64,000 nucleotides of DNA. It comes from Escherichia phage vB_EcoM_ESCO8. Made by a program: the position numbers and the translations under genes. Shown here piece by piece: positions 1 through 9,168 of the stretch. Position 1 is the first letter of the stretch, and each line of letters opens with the position of its first letter. The notes below the pieces were generated by a model. It made no database searches. It saw only the letters and a list, made by a program, of their open reading frames with translations, and had not been told where the DNA came from. The DNA is taken from the sequence record OM386653.1; one strand, 5' to 3'.

Positions 1-471
1 GCCTTAGCAGAGCAGCAATTGTTTGTAGGTGCAGCTAAACTCATTCAAAAAATTATGTTGGATGAACTATTGCACGTTAAAATGGATTATGCTATTATTG
101 ATGCACTGCTGAAAGATCCTGTTTGGAGAAAAGTATACGAAGACAATATCGACGTTCTGACAGAAATTCTTGATACGGTAGTTGGACAAGAGGAAGATTG
201 GTGTGACTATCTGTTTAGTGAAGGAAGGGTTATCGTTGGTGGTAACGCAGAGTTGTTCAAACTTTGGGTTTACTTCAATGCCGCGCCTATCTATCGCAGA
301 CTGAAAATGAAACACAAATTCCGTGCACCGAAGAAAAGTCCACTGCCTTGGATGGATGTTTGGTTAAATCCAGATCAAATTCAAGCAGCAGCACAGGAGA
401 TCCAAATTACAGCTTACAAACTGAATTCAGCAAATAAAGATGTAAGTGACGACGAGGAGTTAGATTTTTAA
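1..471 (+). CDS. nrdB: ribonucleotide reductase class Ia beta subunit, C-terminal part (5' end outside window)
   Basis: Frame is open to position 1; translated tail ...EEDWCDYLFSEGRVIVGG...SPLPWMDVWL...DDEELDF matches the conserved NrdB C-terminus (W.DYLF, P.PW..WL, acidic R1-binding tail). Confidence 0.8.
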   Translation, partial: ALAEQQLFVGAAKLIQKIMLDELLHVKMDYAIIDALLKDPVWRKVYEDNIDVLTEILDTVVGQEEDWCDYLFSEGRVIVGGNAELFKLWVYFNAAPIYRRLKMKHKFRAPKKSPLPWMDVWLNPDQIQAAAQEIQITAYKLNSANKDVSDDEELDF

Positions 472-689
472 TGAAACTACTTTGTGTTGGATTAATTTCT
501 GACTTCAAAGACGTTTTCGAAAAGGGAGCCTCTTACGAGGCTTCCGAATTGCAGAATGGTTTCTGTGATGTTTACGGTAAACGTTTAAAAAAGAATGGTG
601 ATCATTGGCTAGGAGTTCTGTCTTGCGGTCATATTATAGTTAATGGTGTAGCCAAGTTTGAAATTATCAAAGGAGAAAAAGATGATTGA
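471..689 (+). CDS. hypothetical protein (72 aa)
   Basis: ORF track; ATG overlaps nrdB stop (taATGa), compact phage-style packing. Confidence 0.4.
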   Translation: MKLLCVGLISDFKDVFEKGASYEASELQNGFCDVYGKRLKKNGDHWLGVLSCGHIIVNGVAKFEIIKGEKDD

Positions 690-864
690 TTTTGTTGATG
701 TAGATATTAATTCTGACTTAACAGAAGATGAAGGTGGCGCTTTTGTGTGTTCAGATGGGGAAAAATGTTTTACTCTGATGGTAGAAACTTATGATGGTAT
801 CACAGAAATTCTGTTAACAGAGAATGAGTTAAAACAGATGTTAGAAAAGATTGAGGAGCTTTAA
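682..864 (+). CDS. hypothetical acidic protein
   Basis: ORF track 658..864; internal ATG at 682 preceded by aaaggagaaaaag RBS is the more likely start. Confidence 0.4.
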   Translation: MIDFVDVDINSDLTEDEGGAFVCSDGEKCFTLMVETYDGITEILLTENELKQMLEKIEEL

Positions 865-866
865 TA

Positions 867-1013
867 ATGGATGATGTAAGTATTTGTCCTATCTGCGGGG
901 GTACTGGGAATTTTATTGTTAGTATGGAACAATTTATTCCTTGTTGGAATTGTAACGGCTTAGGTTTCGTTCATACAGAAGAAAAAGAAGAGGAGGAAGA
1001 TAGTGGGGGTTGA
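867..1013 (+). CDS. small zinc-ribbon protein (48 aa, CPICGG...CWNCNG)
   Basis: Not in ORF track (under 60 aa); two CxxC pairs; fills the gap between flanking ORFs. Confidence 0.4.
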   Translation: MDDVSICPICGGTGNFIVSMEQFIPCWNCNGLGFVHTEEKEEEEDSGG

Positions 1014-1329
1014 TATTGCATGGCGTATGTTACAGGGTGCACCTTTTAATAAATGGGAAGAGGCTGTAGGAGAAGATCCTAGAATTGAAGAAGAATTTGA
1101 TGGAGATTTTAATTGGTTCTTACAAGAAGGTCTTGATTTAAGCCGTATCTCTCCTTTCTATGATGCTGATGAATCTTATTGCATATATGGCATTTATTTA
1201 GAAGGTGGCGAAGGAAGTATAGCTGTAGATCTTGAGCAACTAAATAAGAATGCAAAAGAAGCCTACGCACAACTTCTTGAAAAATATAACATTGAAACGG
1301 AAACTATTATTTCTCAACACGTTTGGTAA
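1003..1329 (+). CDS. hypothetical acidic protein
   Basis: ORF track; GTG at 1003 or ATG at 1027 as start. Confidence 0.45.
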   Translation: MGVDIAWRMLQGAPFNKWEEAVGEDPRIEEEFDGDFNWFLQEGLDLSRISPFYDADESYCIYGIYLEGGEGSIAVDLEQLNKNAKEAYAQLLEKYNIETETIISQHVW

Positions 1330-1342
1330 GGAGGATAGTAGA

Positions 1343-1540
1343 ATGATGCTAGATCAACTGATCAATACTCCTCGCGTAACAGTAAGTCCAAAAACATTTG
1401 CATCACTTTTAGAAGATGCTAGAGAGGTTTATAACTTTACTGAAGAAGAGATTCCTGTTCCTGTTGAAAAAGGTTCCAGATGGTTGTTTTATGAAGGTAT
1501 TATTTTTACTGAAGGGAATAATTGGAAGGAGACTAAATGA
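1343..1540 (+). CDS. hypothetical protein (65 aa)
   Basis: ATG at 1343 preceded by taaggaggatagtaga RBS; stop overlaps rmlB start. Confidence 0.4.
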   Translation: MMLDQLINTPRVTVSPKTFASLLEDAREVYNFTEEEIPVPVEKGSRWLFYEGIIFTEGNNWKETK

Positions 1541-2526
1541 AATACTTAGTAACAGGTGGTTTAGGCTTTATTGGAAGTGCAGTAGTTCGTTTCCTGGCTA
1601 AAAATACTAAGAATGATATTTACGTTATAGATAAATGGGGTTACGCTTCAGACCCTAGAAATTTATCAGAAACACCTAATGTAAAGTTTTGTCGTGTTGA
1701 CTTGACAAATGCGCAGTTAACTGCTAAGATTGTGGCAGATGTTAATCCAGATTATATAATGCATCTTGCAGCAGAGAGTCACGTAGATAATTCAATAGCA
1801 TCACCGAGTGTTTTTATAAATTCAAATATTGTTGGAACATTTAATCTTCTAGAGGCTGTTCGTTTAATGGGAGATAAATCAAATCTTAAAATGTTCCATC
1901 ATATTTCAACAGATGAAGTGTATGGTGATATGGAAGAAGGGGATTATCCGTTTACAGAACAGAATCCTTATAAACCAAGTAGTCCATATGCTGCATCTAA
2001 AGCTGCAAGCGATCATTTGGTAAGAGCATGGCATCGTACTTATGGTATTCCGACAGTTATAACAAATTGTTCAAATAATTTTGGAGCATATCATCATCCA
2101 GAAAAACTAATACCTAAAACGATAACAAATATCTTGATGCATAAACCAATCCCTGTTTATGGCAATGGTCTTCAAGTAAGAGATTGGTTATACGTTGACG
2201 ATCACGCAGAAGCATTACACCTAGTAGTAACTAAAGGCAAATCTGGAGAAACATATAATATTGGGAGCAGAAACCCTAGAACTAATATTGATGTAATCTA
2301 TATGATTTGTGATTATATGGATGCGGTGTATCCATCTGAAACAGATGCTTGTAGCCTCATTGAAATGGTTACAGATAGACCTGGACATGATTTAAGATAC
2401 GAAGTGAATCCTTATAAGATTGAAAAGGAATTAGGGTGGAAAGCTAAAGGCATATTTGAAGAAAAACTTTATTCAACCATTGATTGGTATGTAGATAACA
2501 AAGAGTGGTGGGAAAATAAAGTTTAA
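1537..2526 (+). CDS. rmlB: dTDP-glucose 4,6-dehydratase
   Basis: 329 aa; N-terminal Rossmann motif [13 protein letters not shown], catalytic YxxxK ([13 protein letters not shown]), typical RmlB length. Confidence 0.9.
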   Translation: MKYLVTGGLGFIGSAVVRFLAKNTKNDIYVIDKWGYASDPRNLSETPNVKFCRVDLTNAQLTAKIVADVNPDYIMHLAAESHVDNSIASPSVFINSNIVGTFNLLEAVRLMGDKSNLKMFHHISTDEVYGDMEEGDYPFTEQNPYKPSSPYAASKAASDHLVRAWHRTYGIPTVITNCSNNFGAYHHPEKLIPKTITNILMHKPIPVYGNGLQVRDWLYVDDHAEALHLVVTKGKSGETYNIGSRNPRTNIDVIYMICDYMDAVYPSETDACSLIEMVTDRPGHDLRYEVNPYKIEKELGWKAKGIFEEKLYSTIDWYVDNKEWWENKV

Positions 2527-2534
2527 GGAGGAGT

Positions 2535-3404
2535 ATGAAAGGTATTATCTTAGCAGGTGGTAGTGGAACAAGACTTTACCCAGTTACTAAAGGGGTTAGT
2601 AAACAACTATTACCAATTTATGATAAGCCTATGATTTATTATCCACTCTCTGTCCTAATGCTTTCTGGAATTAGGGAAATACTAATAATTACAACACCAG
2701 AAGATCAAATTAATTTTGTAAATCTTCTAGGTGATGGTTCTTCTTTTGGTATTTCCCTACAGTATGCAATACAGGATAGCCCAAGAGGTTTAGCAGAAGC
2801 GTTTATTATTGGTGAGAACTTTATTGGTGAAGATTCTGTAGCACTTGTGCTAGGTGATAATTTATTCTTTGGTCAGAGTTTTGGTAGCATTTTAGATTCT
2901 GCTAAAGAACATATTGAAAAGAATGGTGGAGCTAATATTTTTGGGTATCACGTAAATGATCCTGAAAGATTTGGTGTTGTTGAGTTTGATTCTGAAGGTA
3001 CAGTGGTGAGTATTGAAGAAAAACCAAAAGCACCAAAAAGCAACTATGCAATCACAGGCTTGTACTTTTACGATAATTCTGTTGTACAGAAAGCTAAAAG
3101 CGTTAAACCTTCTGCTAGAGGGGAGTTAGAGATTACAGATATAAATGAGATGTACTGGAAAGAAAAGGCTTTACGTGTCTGTAAACTAGGAAGAGGTTTC
3201 ACTTGGCTGGATACAGGAACACATGAAAGTCTTATGGAAGCATCTCAATTTGTTCATGCAATAGAAAAGCAACAAGGTATGAAGGTTGCATGCCTGGAAG
3301 AGATTGCTTTTAAAAATGAATGGATTACTTTAGACTCTGTAAAAAGTTCTGGAGAGGTTTTAAGTAAAACAGACTACGGTAAGTATTTACTTAAATTAAA
3401 ATAA
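2535..3404 (+). CDS. rmlA: glucose-1-phosphate thymidylyltransferase
   Basis: 289 aa; [18 protein letters not shown] nucleotidyltransferase signature; follows rmlB. Confidence 0.9.
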   Translation: MKGIILAGGSGTRLYPVTKGVSKQLLPIYDKPMIYYPLSVLMLSGIREILIITTPEDQINFVNLLGDGSSFGISLQYAIQDSPRGLAEAFIIGENFIGEDSVALVLGDNLFFGQSFGSILDSAKEHIEKNGGANIFGYHVNDPERFGVVEFDSEGTVVSIEEKPKAPKSNYAITGLYFYDNSVVQKAKSVKPSARGELEITDINEMYWKEKALRVCKLGRGFTWLDTGTHESLMEASQFVHAIEKQQGMKVACLEEIAFKNEWITLDSVKSSGEVLSKTDYGKYLLKLK

Positions 3405-3416
3405 AGGGGGAATTAA

Positions 3417-3971
3417 ATGATTCAAGCAACAAAAATCGAAGATTTGTTGATCATTCAACCTGACGTTTACGGAGATGAACGTGGTTTTTTCTTAGAAAGT
3501 TTTAATCAGGCTTTATATGATCAATACATAGGTAAACAAAACTTTGTCCAAGATAACCATTCACGTTCTATTCGAGGAGTTCTACGTGGGCTTCATTTTC
3601 AAAAGAAAAACCCACAAGGGAAGTTAGTACGTTGTGTTCGTGGTGAAGTTTATGATGTTGCTGTAGATATTAGGGTTGGTAGTCCAACATTTGGAGAATG
3701 GGTAGGTGTTCTCTTATCTGAAAAGAATAAAACACAATTTTGGATTCCTCCTGGTTTCGCTCATGGCTTTGTTGTGATTAGTGACATTGCTGATTTTGAA
3801 TATAAATGTACAGAATATTACGATCCGACTTCAGAGTGTAGTCTTGCGTGGAATGATCCAGATATCAATATTGATTGGGGTTTTGATTTAATCTTTAATG
3901 ATATTAATTTTAAACCTATCTTGTCACAAAAAGATCAGCAAGCCAAAACACTAAAGGAGATCATATTTTGA
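3417..3971 (+). CDS. rmlC: dTDP-4-dehydrorhamnose 3,5-epimerase
   Basis: 184 aa cupin-sized protein with RGLHFQ and FAHGF motifs; third gene of rml cluster. Confidence 0.85.
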   Translation: MIQATKIEDLLIIQPDVYGDERGFFLESFNQALYDQYIGKQNFVQDNHSRSIRGVLRGLHFQKKNPQGKLVRCVRGEVYDVAVDIRVGSPTFGEWVGVLLSEKNKTQFWIPPGFAHGFVVISDIADFEYKCTEYYDPTSECSLAWNDPDINIDWGFDLIFNDINFKPILSQKDQQAKTLKEIIF

Positions 3972-4798
3972 CAAAATTTTTAATCTTTGGTTCAAAAGGT
4001 CAATTAGGACAGTCTTTGGCAAAAGTTGCGCCCGAAGATGTTATTTTGATTGAAGCAAGTGATGTAGACATTACCAACTTTAAAGATGTTATGAATAGTC
4101 TTGTACAGCATGTGCCTGATGTTGTTGTGAATTGTGCGGCTTACACGGCAGTAGATAAAGCTGAAGAAGATGTTAACACCTGTATAAATGTTAATGCATA
4201 CGGTGCAACAAACATTGCCAAAGCATGTAATGATTTACTGATACAGTTTGTACATATTTCAACAGACTATGTTTTTGATGGGCATGTTGCTGGCACAGAA
4301 GATAGTAAAACAAACCCCTTGAACACCTACGGTTACAGTAAACAATTAGGTGAAACTTTAGTACAAACAGTTTGTCCTACAGCACTTATTATCAGAACAG
4401 CTTCTGTTTATAGTGAATTTGGACATAACTTTTTGAAAACTATGTTGGAACGCTACAACGGTGGTCAAAAAGAATTTAATGTAGTATGTGATCATTTGTC
4501 ATGTCCTACTTATGCACCTGATCTTGCAGAAACAATTTTTAAACTTGTAAAAGATGGTGTAAATAGTAAAGTTGTACACTATGCAGGTGCAGATTATATT
4601 TCTTGGTATGATTTTGCACGAAAGATATTTCTTGTTATAGATTTATCTGTTACAGTTAATCCTGTATCTGCTTCAACCTATAATTCCAAAGCAGTCAGAC
4701 CAGCAACATCTTATTTAAAAACAGATCCTACTTTAAATCCGCGAAGTGTTGATAGCGGTATTGTAAGAACTTTAACTATACTTTTAAACAAGGAGTGA
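3968..4798 (+). CDS. rmlD: dTDP-4-dehydrorhamnose reductase
   Basis: 276 aa; N-terminal Rossmann-like FGSKGQLGQSL; position after rmlC; TTG start overlapping rmlC stop. Confidence 0.75.
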   Translation: MTKFLIFGSKGQLGQSLAKVAPEDVILIEASDVDITNFKDVMNSLVQHVPDVVVNCAAYTAVDKAEEDVNTCINVNAYGATNIAKACNDLLIQFVHISTDYVFDGHVAGTEDSKTNPLNTYGYSKQLGETLVQTVCPTALIIRTASVYSEFGHNFLKTMLERYNGGQKEFNVVCDHLSCPTYAPDLAETIFKLVKDGVNSKVVHYAGADYISWYDFARKIFLVIDLSVTVNPVSASTYNSKAVRPATSYLKTDPTLNPRSVDSGIVRTLTILLNKE

Positions 4799-5061
4799 AA
4801 ATGAATTTTATTATCTACGGTAAACCAAATTGTCCTTTCTGCACTAACGCTAAGATTCTACTAGAACAGCGTGAACAGGATTTTAAATATCTTACCTTAG
4901 ATGAAGACTATTCTTTAGATCAGATTCAGAATCTGGTTTTAGAGAAAACAGGTGTTCTACCACGCACATTTCCTCAGATTTTTGTGGAAGATGGTGAACA
5001 GCTAACCCACGTAGGAGGTTTTTCTGAACTACGTGAATTCATGGCTCAGATTGCGGAGTAA
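4795..5061 (+). CDS. glutaredoxin (NrdC/NrdH-like redoxin)
   Basis: 88 aa; active-site CPFC near N-terminus, TFPQIFV and GGF motifs typical of glutaredoxins. Confidence 0.8.
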   Translation: MKMNFIIYGKPNCPFCTNAKILLEQREQDFKYLTLDEDYSLDQIQNLVLEKTGVLPRTFPQIFVEDGEQLTHVGGFSELREFMAQIAE

Positions 5062-5065
5062 CAAT

Positions 5066-5209
5066 ATGAAAGGTAAACAGAAACGTAAGATCTTTTCTCG
5101 TGCTTTGGCAACAGAGCTTAAGTCCCAAACTAAAAAGACGAAGCCTAAACGTGAAATGTCTCCTGAACACCTACTGTTTCAAGAGCTAGATCATGGGGAG
5201 GGCGACTGA
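5066..5209 (+). CDS. small basic protein (47 aa)
   Basis: Not in ORF track; ATG 5 nt after grx stop; Lys/Arg-rich. Confidence 0.3.
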   Translation: MKGKQKRKIFSRALATELKSQTKKTKPKREMSPEHLLFQELDHGEGD

Positions 5210-5221
5210 TATAAGGAAAAC

Positions 5222-5722
5222 ATGGCTAAAGTAGTTGATGTGTTTGATATGTTACGTTTTGATGAAGGACTAAAGCTAACTGTATATCCTGATACCGAAG
5301 GGTATTGGACAGTTGGTATTGGACACCTTCTGACAAAACTCAAAGATAAAGCAGAAGCTATACGCATTCTTGATAACTTAGTAGGTAGAAAAACCAATGG
5401 AGTTATTACTGAAGCGGAAGCTAGAAAAATCTTTGAGAGTGACGTAAAGAAAGCGATACAACAAATCCATTCAAGTACCATACTATCTCCTATTTACGAT
5501 AAAGTAAGTCCTAATCGTAAAATGGCTATTATTAATATGGTATTTCAAATGGGGTTGAAAGGTGCAGAATCTTTCAAAAATAGCTTGACTTTAGTGAGTA
5601 ATTCATATTATACTCAAGCCTCTATAAATTTACGTAAAAGTAAATGGTATCGCCAAACGCCTAATCGCGCAGAGCGTGTAATTCAGGTACTTAAAACTGG
5701 AACATTAGACGCTTATAACTAA
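5222..5722 (+). CDS. e: T4-type lysozyme (endolysin)
   Basis: 166 aa; MLRFDEGLKLTVYPDTEGYWTVGIGHLLTK closely matches the T4 lysozyme N-terminus including catalytic Glu/Asp/Thr positions. Confidence 0.9.
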   Translation: MAKVVDVFDMLRFDEGLKLTVYPDTEGYWTVGIGHLLTKLKDKAEAIRILDNLVGRKTNGVITEAEARKIFESDVKKAIQQIHSSTILSPIYDKVSPNRKMAIINMVFQMGLKGAESFKNSLTLVSNSYYTQASINLRKSKWYRQTPNRAERVIQVLKTGTLDAYN

Positions 5723-5725
5723 ACA

Positions 5726-5746
5726 AAGGGGCGAAAGCCCCTTTTA
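5726..5746 (+). terminator. rho-independent terminator (ggggcgaaagcccc + T-run)
   Basis: GC hairpin followed by tttt directly after lysozyme stop; same hairpin recurs at 17012. Confidence 0.6.
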
Positions 5747-5760
5747 TAAGGAGTGCAAAC

Positions 5761-6513
5761 ATGGGAAACAAAACCGCAAAGGCTCGTCGTCAATCAGCAG
5801 CCAATGATGACAAACGTGCCAGTCGTTATGCGGCTAAAGCAGTAGGAAATGATGATTACCGTCTTGATGAATTTACCCCTGTTGGGAATCAAGAAGCTAT
5901 TGTAAGAAGCATGGTTTGGAATGATTTAACCATTGTTAATGCCCCAGCAGGAACAGGAAAAACGACAACAGCACTATGGAAAGCATTGCAAATGCTTAAA
6001 GCTGGTGACTTCAGAAAGTTGATTTTCCTTAAAAACCCGACAGAAGTAGGTGATGATCAAATTGGTTTCTTATCTGGAGATAAGACTGATAAACTAGCAG
6101 CACACTACGAATCAACTAAAAGAATTTTCCAACAGTTTATGACTGCAAATAAATTGGAAAACGATATTGCAAGTGGCAAAATTGAACTTAATATTCCAAA
6201 CTATGCACTAGGTGCTACGTGGGATAACAGCATTATTCTTATTGATGAAGTTCAACTTATGTCACCAAATACAGTAAAACTTCTCCTTGAGCGAGCAGGT
6301 CTTAATACACGTATTGTCATTATGGGTGATGTTAATCAAACATATGCAATTAAACGAAGAGCTAACGGGTTAGGTGATTTGTTAGATCGTGTTGTTCCTA
6401 TTAATGAAGAAGGAGAAAGGGAAGCTATTGTGGATTTTATTGGTTATGTTGAAATGACAACTGCTGATAACCAACGTTCCCGTTTGTCTCAGTTCATCAC
6501 GGAAGTATATTAA
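5761..6513 (+). CDS. phoH: PhoH-like ATPase
   Basis: 250 aa; Walker A NAPAGTGKTT, Walker B ILIDEVQ, VIMGDVNQ motif. Confidence 0.85.
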   Translation: MGNKTAKARRQSAANDDKRASRYAAKAVGNDDYRLDEFTPVGNQEAIVRSMVWNDLTIVNAPAGTGKTTTALWKALQMLKAGDFRKLIFLKNPTEVGDDQIGFLSGDKTDKLAAHYESTKRIFQQFMTANKLENDIASGKIELNIPNYALGATWDNSIILIDEVQLMSPNTVKLLLERAGLNTRIVIMGDVNQTYAIKRRANGLGDLLDRVVPINEEGEREAIVDFIGYVEMTTADNQRSRLSQFITEVY

Positions 6514-6549
6514 TAATTACAAGGCAAGGATGCCTGTTATGGAGGTTAA

Positions 6550-7044
6550 ATGACGCTAATTGAGATTGATCGCAATGGTATTGATGAATGCTATCAAGCT
6601 GGCTTAGTTAAGCCGAATGAGTTTAGACAGATTTATATTGACAAGATTGAAAAAGAAATATCTCTTCGTTTAGAGAACATGACAACTTTGCAAAAAGTTC
6701 AGATGTTTTTTAGTTGGTTAAAAGGCGAGGATTGGCTAACTAAATATTACCAGGAATTATCTGATAGTCAAGAAGGCTTGTTTGAGTGTATAATAAATAT
6801 AGCTGGGTCTAATTCAGAATTACTCCTGATTGATGAAGAAGATTCTAAACTTCTTTTTCTTAGCAGTATCTTTCACAAGAAATCTATGTTAGTAAGAAAT
6901 TGCAGTGATTTACTAAATCATCCACTAACAAGAACTAATAAAATTCTTGTGGATAAAGAAACACTAAGAGCTATTGATTACCTCCGTAAATATGTAAGCG
7001 GTGGTAAAGCAGTCCTTAAAACACTACAGGAGGAAGTACAATGA
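6550..7044 (+). CDS. hypothetical protein (164 aa)
   Basis: ORF track; stop overlaps next start. Confidence 0.5.
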   Translation: MTLIEIDRNGIDECYQAGLVKPNEFRQIYIDKIEKEISLRLENMTTLQKVQMFFSWLKGEDWLTKYYQELSDSQEGLFECIINIAGSNSELLLIDEEDSKLLFLSSIFHKKSMLVRNCSDLLNHPLTRTNKILVDKETLRAIDYLRKYVSGGKAVLKTLQEEVQ

Positions 7045-7694
7045 CAACAATTATTGCAACACGTAACAAAATTCTGTCTGACGGTAAAGTAACAGTAGGT
7101 AGTCGTGTAGACACTTTAAATTTCAAGAAAGTGCGTAAAATTGGGGATTACCTTGTTGGTGGTGCAGGACGTCTGTCTTCTATCTTGACTTTCTTTTCTT
7201 GGTTCGAACAAAACTTACAATGCCAAGCAGCACAAGAGACAATCCCAGGTTTGGTGATCCAGTCAGATCCTGATAAAGAAGATGAAGAGTTTGTGGCATT
7301 GGTTGTTCACCCAGACGGTAAAATTTATATGCACGAGGGTAATAATCCAACACGAGCATATCCTTTAACTGAAGATTATTATGCTGTTGGTAGTGGGGCA
7401 GATTTTGCTTTAGCAGCTTTAGATGCAGGGGCAACTCCAGAAGAAGCGATGGAAGTTGCAAAACTACGAGATGCTTTTTCCGGTGGTGAAACTTTTGTCG
7501 AAGAGATCGAAGAACAACTGGAGCTAACAGCGGAAGATATTCTGAACTTCAGCAAGGAGCAACTAATTAGTATGCTGTTGACTGGTGATCCTGATAGTGA
7601 TGAAGCTGAAAGTATTTTAGCAGAAATGAAAGAATCACAAGAAAAAGTATTGACAGTCTCTGAAAAACTTGATAAAGTGTCCTCTGATAATTAA
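7041..7694 (+). CDS. HslV-like Ntn peptidase (proteasome-type) with acidic C-terminal extension
   Basis: N-terminal MTTIIATRN (Thr right after Met as in HslV), GGAGRLSS and YAVGSGADFALAA resemble HslV GFAGGTAD / GSGGPYA blocks; no HslU partner in window. Confidence 0.65.
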   Translation: MTTIIATRNKILSDGKVTVGSRVDTLNFKKVRKIGDYLVGGAGRLSSILTFFSWFEQNLQCQAAQETIPGLVIQSDPDKEDEEFVALVVHPDGKIYMHEGNNPTRAYPLTEDYYAVGSGADFALAALDAGATPEEAMEVAKLRDAFSGGETFVEEIEEQLELTAEDILNFSKEQLISMLLTGDPDSDEAESILAEMKESQEKVLTVSEKLDKVSSDN

Positions 7695-7702
7695 TCTAGT
7701 AT

Positions 7703-7725
7703 AAACCCCCCTTTAAGGGGGTTAT
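7703..7725 (+). terminator. rho-independent terminator (ccccccTTTAAggggg)
   Basis: Perfect hairpin directly after HslV-like stop followed by tt. Confidence 0.5.
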
Positions 7726-7736
7726 TAGGAGGAGAT

Positions 7737-8165
7737 ATGTTACCAGTACCTGTAACCTTTGTAGAAAAAGCCTACTACTCTTTAGAACAAAACTGTAAAA
7801 GAGCTAAAAATTTTATTGAAAGTTTAGCAGAACAGCGTTACACTGTATCTAAAAAGGGATGGTTCAGAACTTCACAATATTTAGTCAACCCTTTCGGAGA
7901 AGTTCGTGTGTTGTATGGCAACACAGAAAATATCTTAGAAAGAATGTTAGAACTAGATAGGATCTCCTCCTGTGATTATCAACTGTTGAAATTTTACGAT
8001 GTGTCAGAAAGCGTTAAAAACTTTCTTGACGACTTATGTAAACGAAAAACAGAAGAAGATACAATACCAGTATCTATGGAAGAATTAACATTCTTAAGAG
8101 ATATTATGGTTTTTGAAGAAGACCCTGAAATCACAAAAGAGGAGATTTTAAGTAGTGGCAAATAA
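7737..8165 (+). CDS. hypothetical protein (142 aa)
   Basis: ORF track; aggaggagat RBS before ATG. Confidence 0.5.
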   Translation: MLPVPVTFVEKAYYSLEQNCKRAKNFIESLAEQRYTVSKKGWFRTSQYLVNPFGEVRVLYGNTENILERMLELDRISSCDYQLLKFYDVSESVKNFLDDLCKRKTEEDTIPVSMEELTFLRDIMVFEEDPEITKEEILSSGK

Positions 8166-8664
8166 GTATGATCGTCCACCAACTGATTACTATCCTACTC
8201 CACAAAAATGTATAAATGCATTATTTAGTGTAATAGATTTTAATAACCTTAAAGAAGAAGGTTTTATTTTTGCAGAACCGTGTAAAGGCGCTGCTGCTGC
8301 AATTTATCAACATTTTCCAGAAGGATCAGAATATTGTGAGTTAGAAGAAGGGAAAGATTATTTTAACCACGAATGGCATACTAAGCCGGATATTATAATC
8401 ACAAATCCCCCATTCAAACTTGCACTTGAGTTCTTGCAAAAGAGCTTAAAAGAAGCAGACGTTTGCATATACTTGTTGCGTCTTGGGTTCCTAGAGTCTA
8501 TTAAACGAAGGGAATTCCATAAACAGAATCCACCAACAAACTTGATTGTTCTTTCTGAACGACCATCTTTTGTTGCAGGTGGTACTGATAAGACAGCATA
8601 TGCTTGGTACGTCTACGACCCAAAAAACAGGCTGGGTTTAACTCAACCTTTCTATTTTGTTTAA
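8155..8664 (+). CDS. small amino-methyltransferase-like protein (putative DNA N6-adenine or N4-cytosine MTase)
   Basis: 169 aa; YYPTP, FAEPCKGAAAA (AdoMet-binding-like) and IITNPPF (motif IV) in gamma-class order. Confidence 0.55.
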   Translation: MANKYDRPPTDYYPTPQKCINALFSVIDFNNLKEEGFIFAEPCKGAAAAIYQHFPEGSEYCELEEGKDYFNHEWHTKPDIIITNPPFKLALEFLQKSLKEADVCIYLLRLGFLESIKRREFHKQNPPTNLIVLSERPSFVAGGTDKTAYAWYVYDPKNRLGLTQPFYFV

Positions 8665-8677
8665 GAGGAGCATTTTT

Positions 8678-8908
8678 ATGACCGAGAAATTTACTGTTAC
8701 TATGGAACTCACCTTTGATGAAGAAGATTTTGATCTTCATGTATCAACTAAAGCAGATAACATTCACACAACACAGAGTGTTGCAATCGCTATGTTCTTT
8801 AAACAAGCTATTGCAAAACAAGCTGAAGTATGTGCTGGTTTAGCTGTAGAGTATGCAGAAGTTGTCAAGGTTCTTGAAAGTGCTCGTAACGGCGATTGGG
8901 ATGAATAA
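8678..8908 (+). CDS. hypothetical protein
   Basis: ORF track 8657..8908; ATG at 8678 after aagaggag RBS preferred. Confidence 0.4.
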   Translation: MTEKFTVTMELTFDEEDFDLHVSTKADNIHTTQSVAIAMFFKQAIAKQAEVCAGLAVEYAEVVKVLESARNGDWDE

Positions 8909-9111
8909 TGGCATACAATTACTATCTGGTATATTTTAACGAAACTAAGAAAAAAGACACAGGAACTAATGTTTATGCGGAATCCGAAGAACACGCAAAA
9001 GCTATTGGTTCCGTGCTTCTTTCTAGAATAGCAGGTGAAGAAATTCCTGTAGAGGCTATTTTTGCAGAAGTTGACCCTGGTATTCAAGAGGATGATATTA
9101 CCACTACTTAA
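8908..9111 (+). CDS. hypothetical protein (67 aa)
   Basis: ORF track; start overlaps previous stop. Confidence 0.4.
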   Translation: MAYNYYLVYFNETKKKDTGTNVYAESEEHAKAIGSVLLSRIAGEEIPVEAIFAEVDPGIQEDDITTT

Positions 9112-9168
9112 CTGTTGACTTTAACATTAAGGTAGTGCATACTTCCTGTAACAGAACAGGAGGGTATT

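Noticed and set aside
67-315. Minus-strand ORF inside the nrdB tail, and similar antisense ORFs (7180..7461, 9309..9620, 14328..14582, 16209..16513, 39460..39867, 43643..44137, 54082..54610, 57031..57291, 60276..60562, 61712..62062, 62659..62972)
   Set aside because: Each lies fully within a longer ORF on the opposite strand that carries recognisable motifs. They have low-complexity or hydrophobic translations and no RBS, so they are treated as shadow ORFs.
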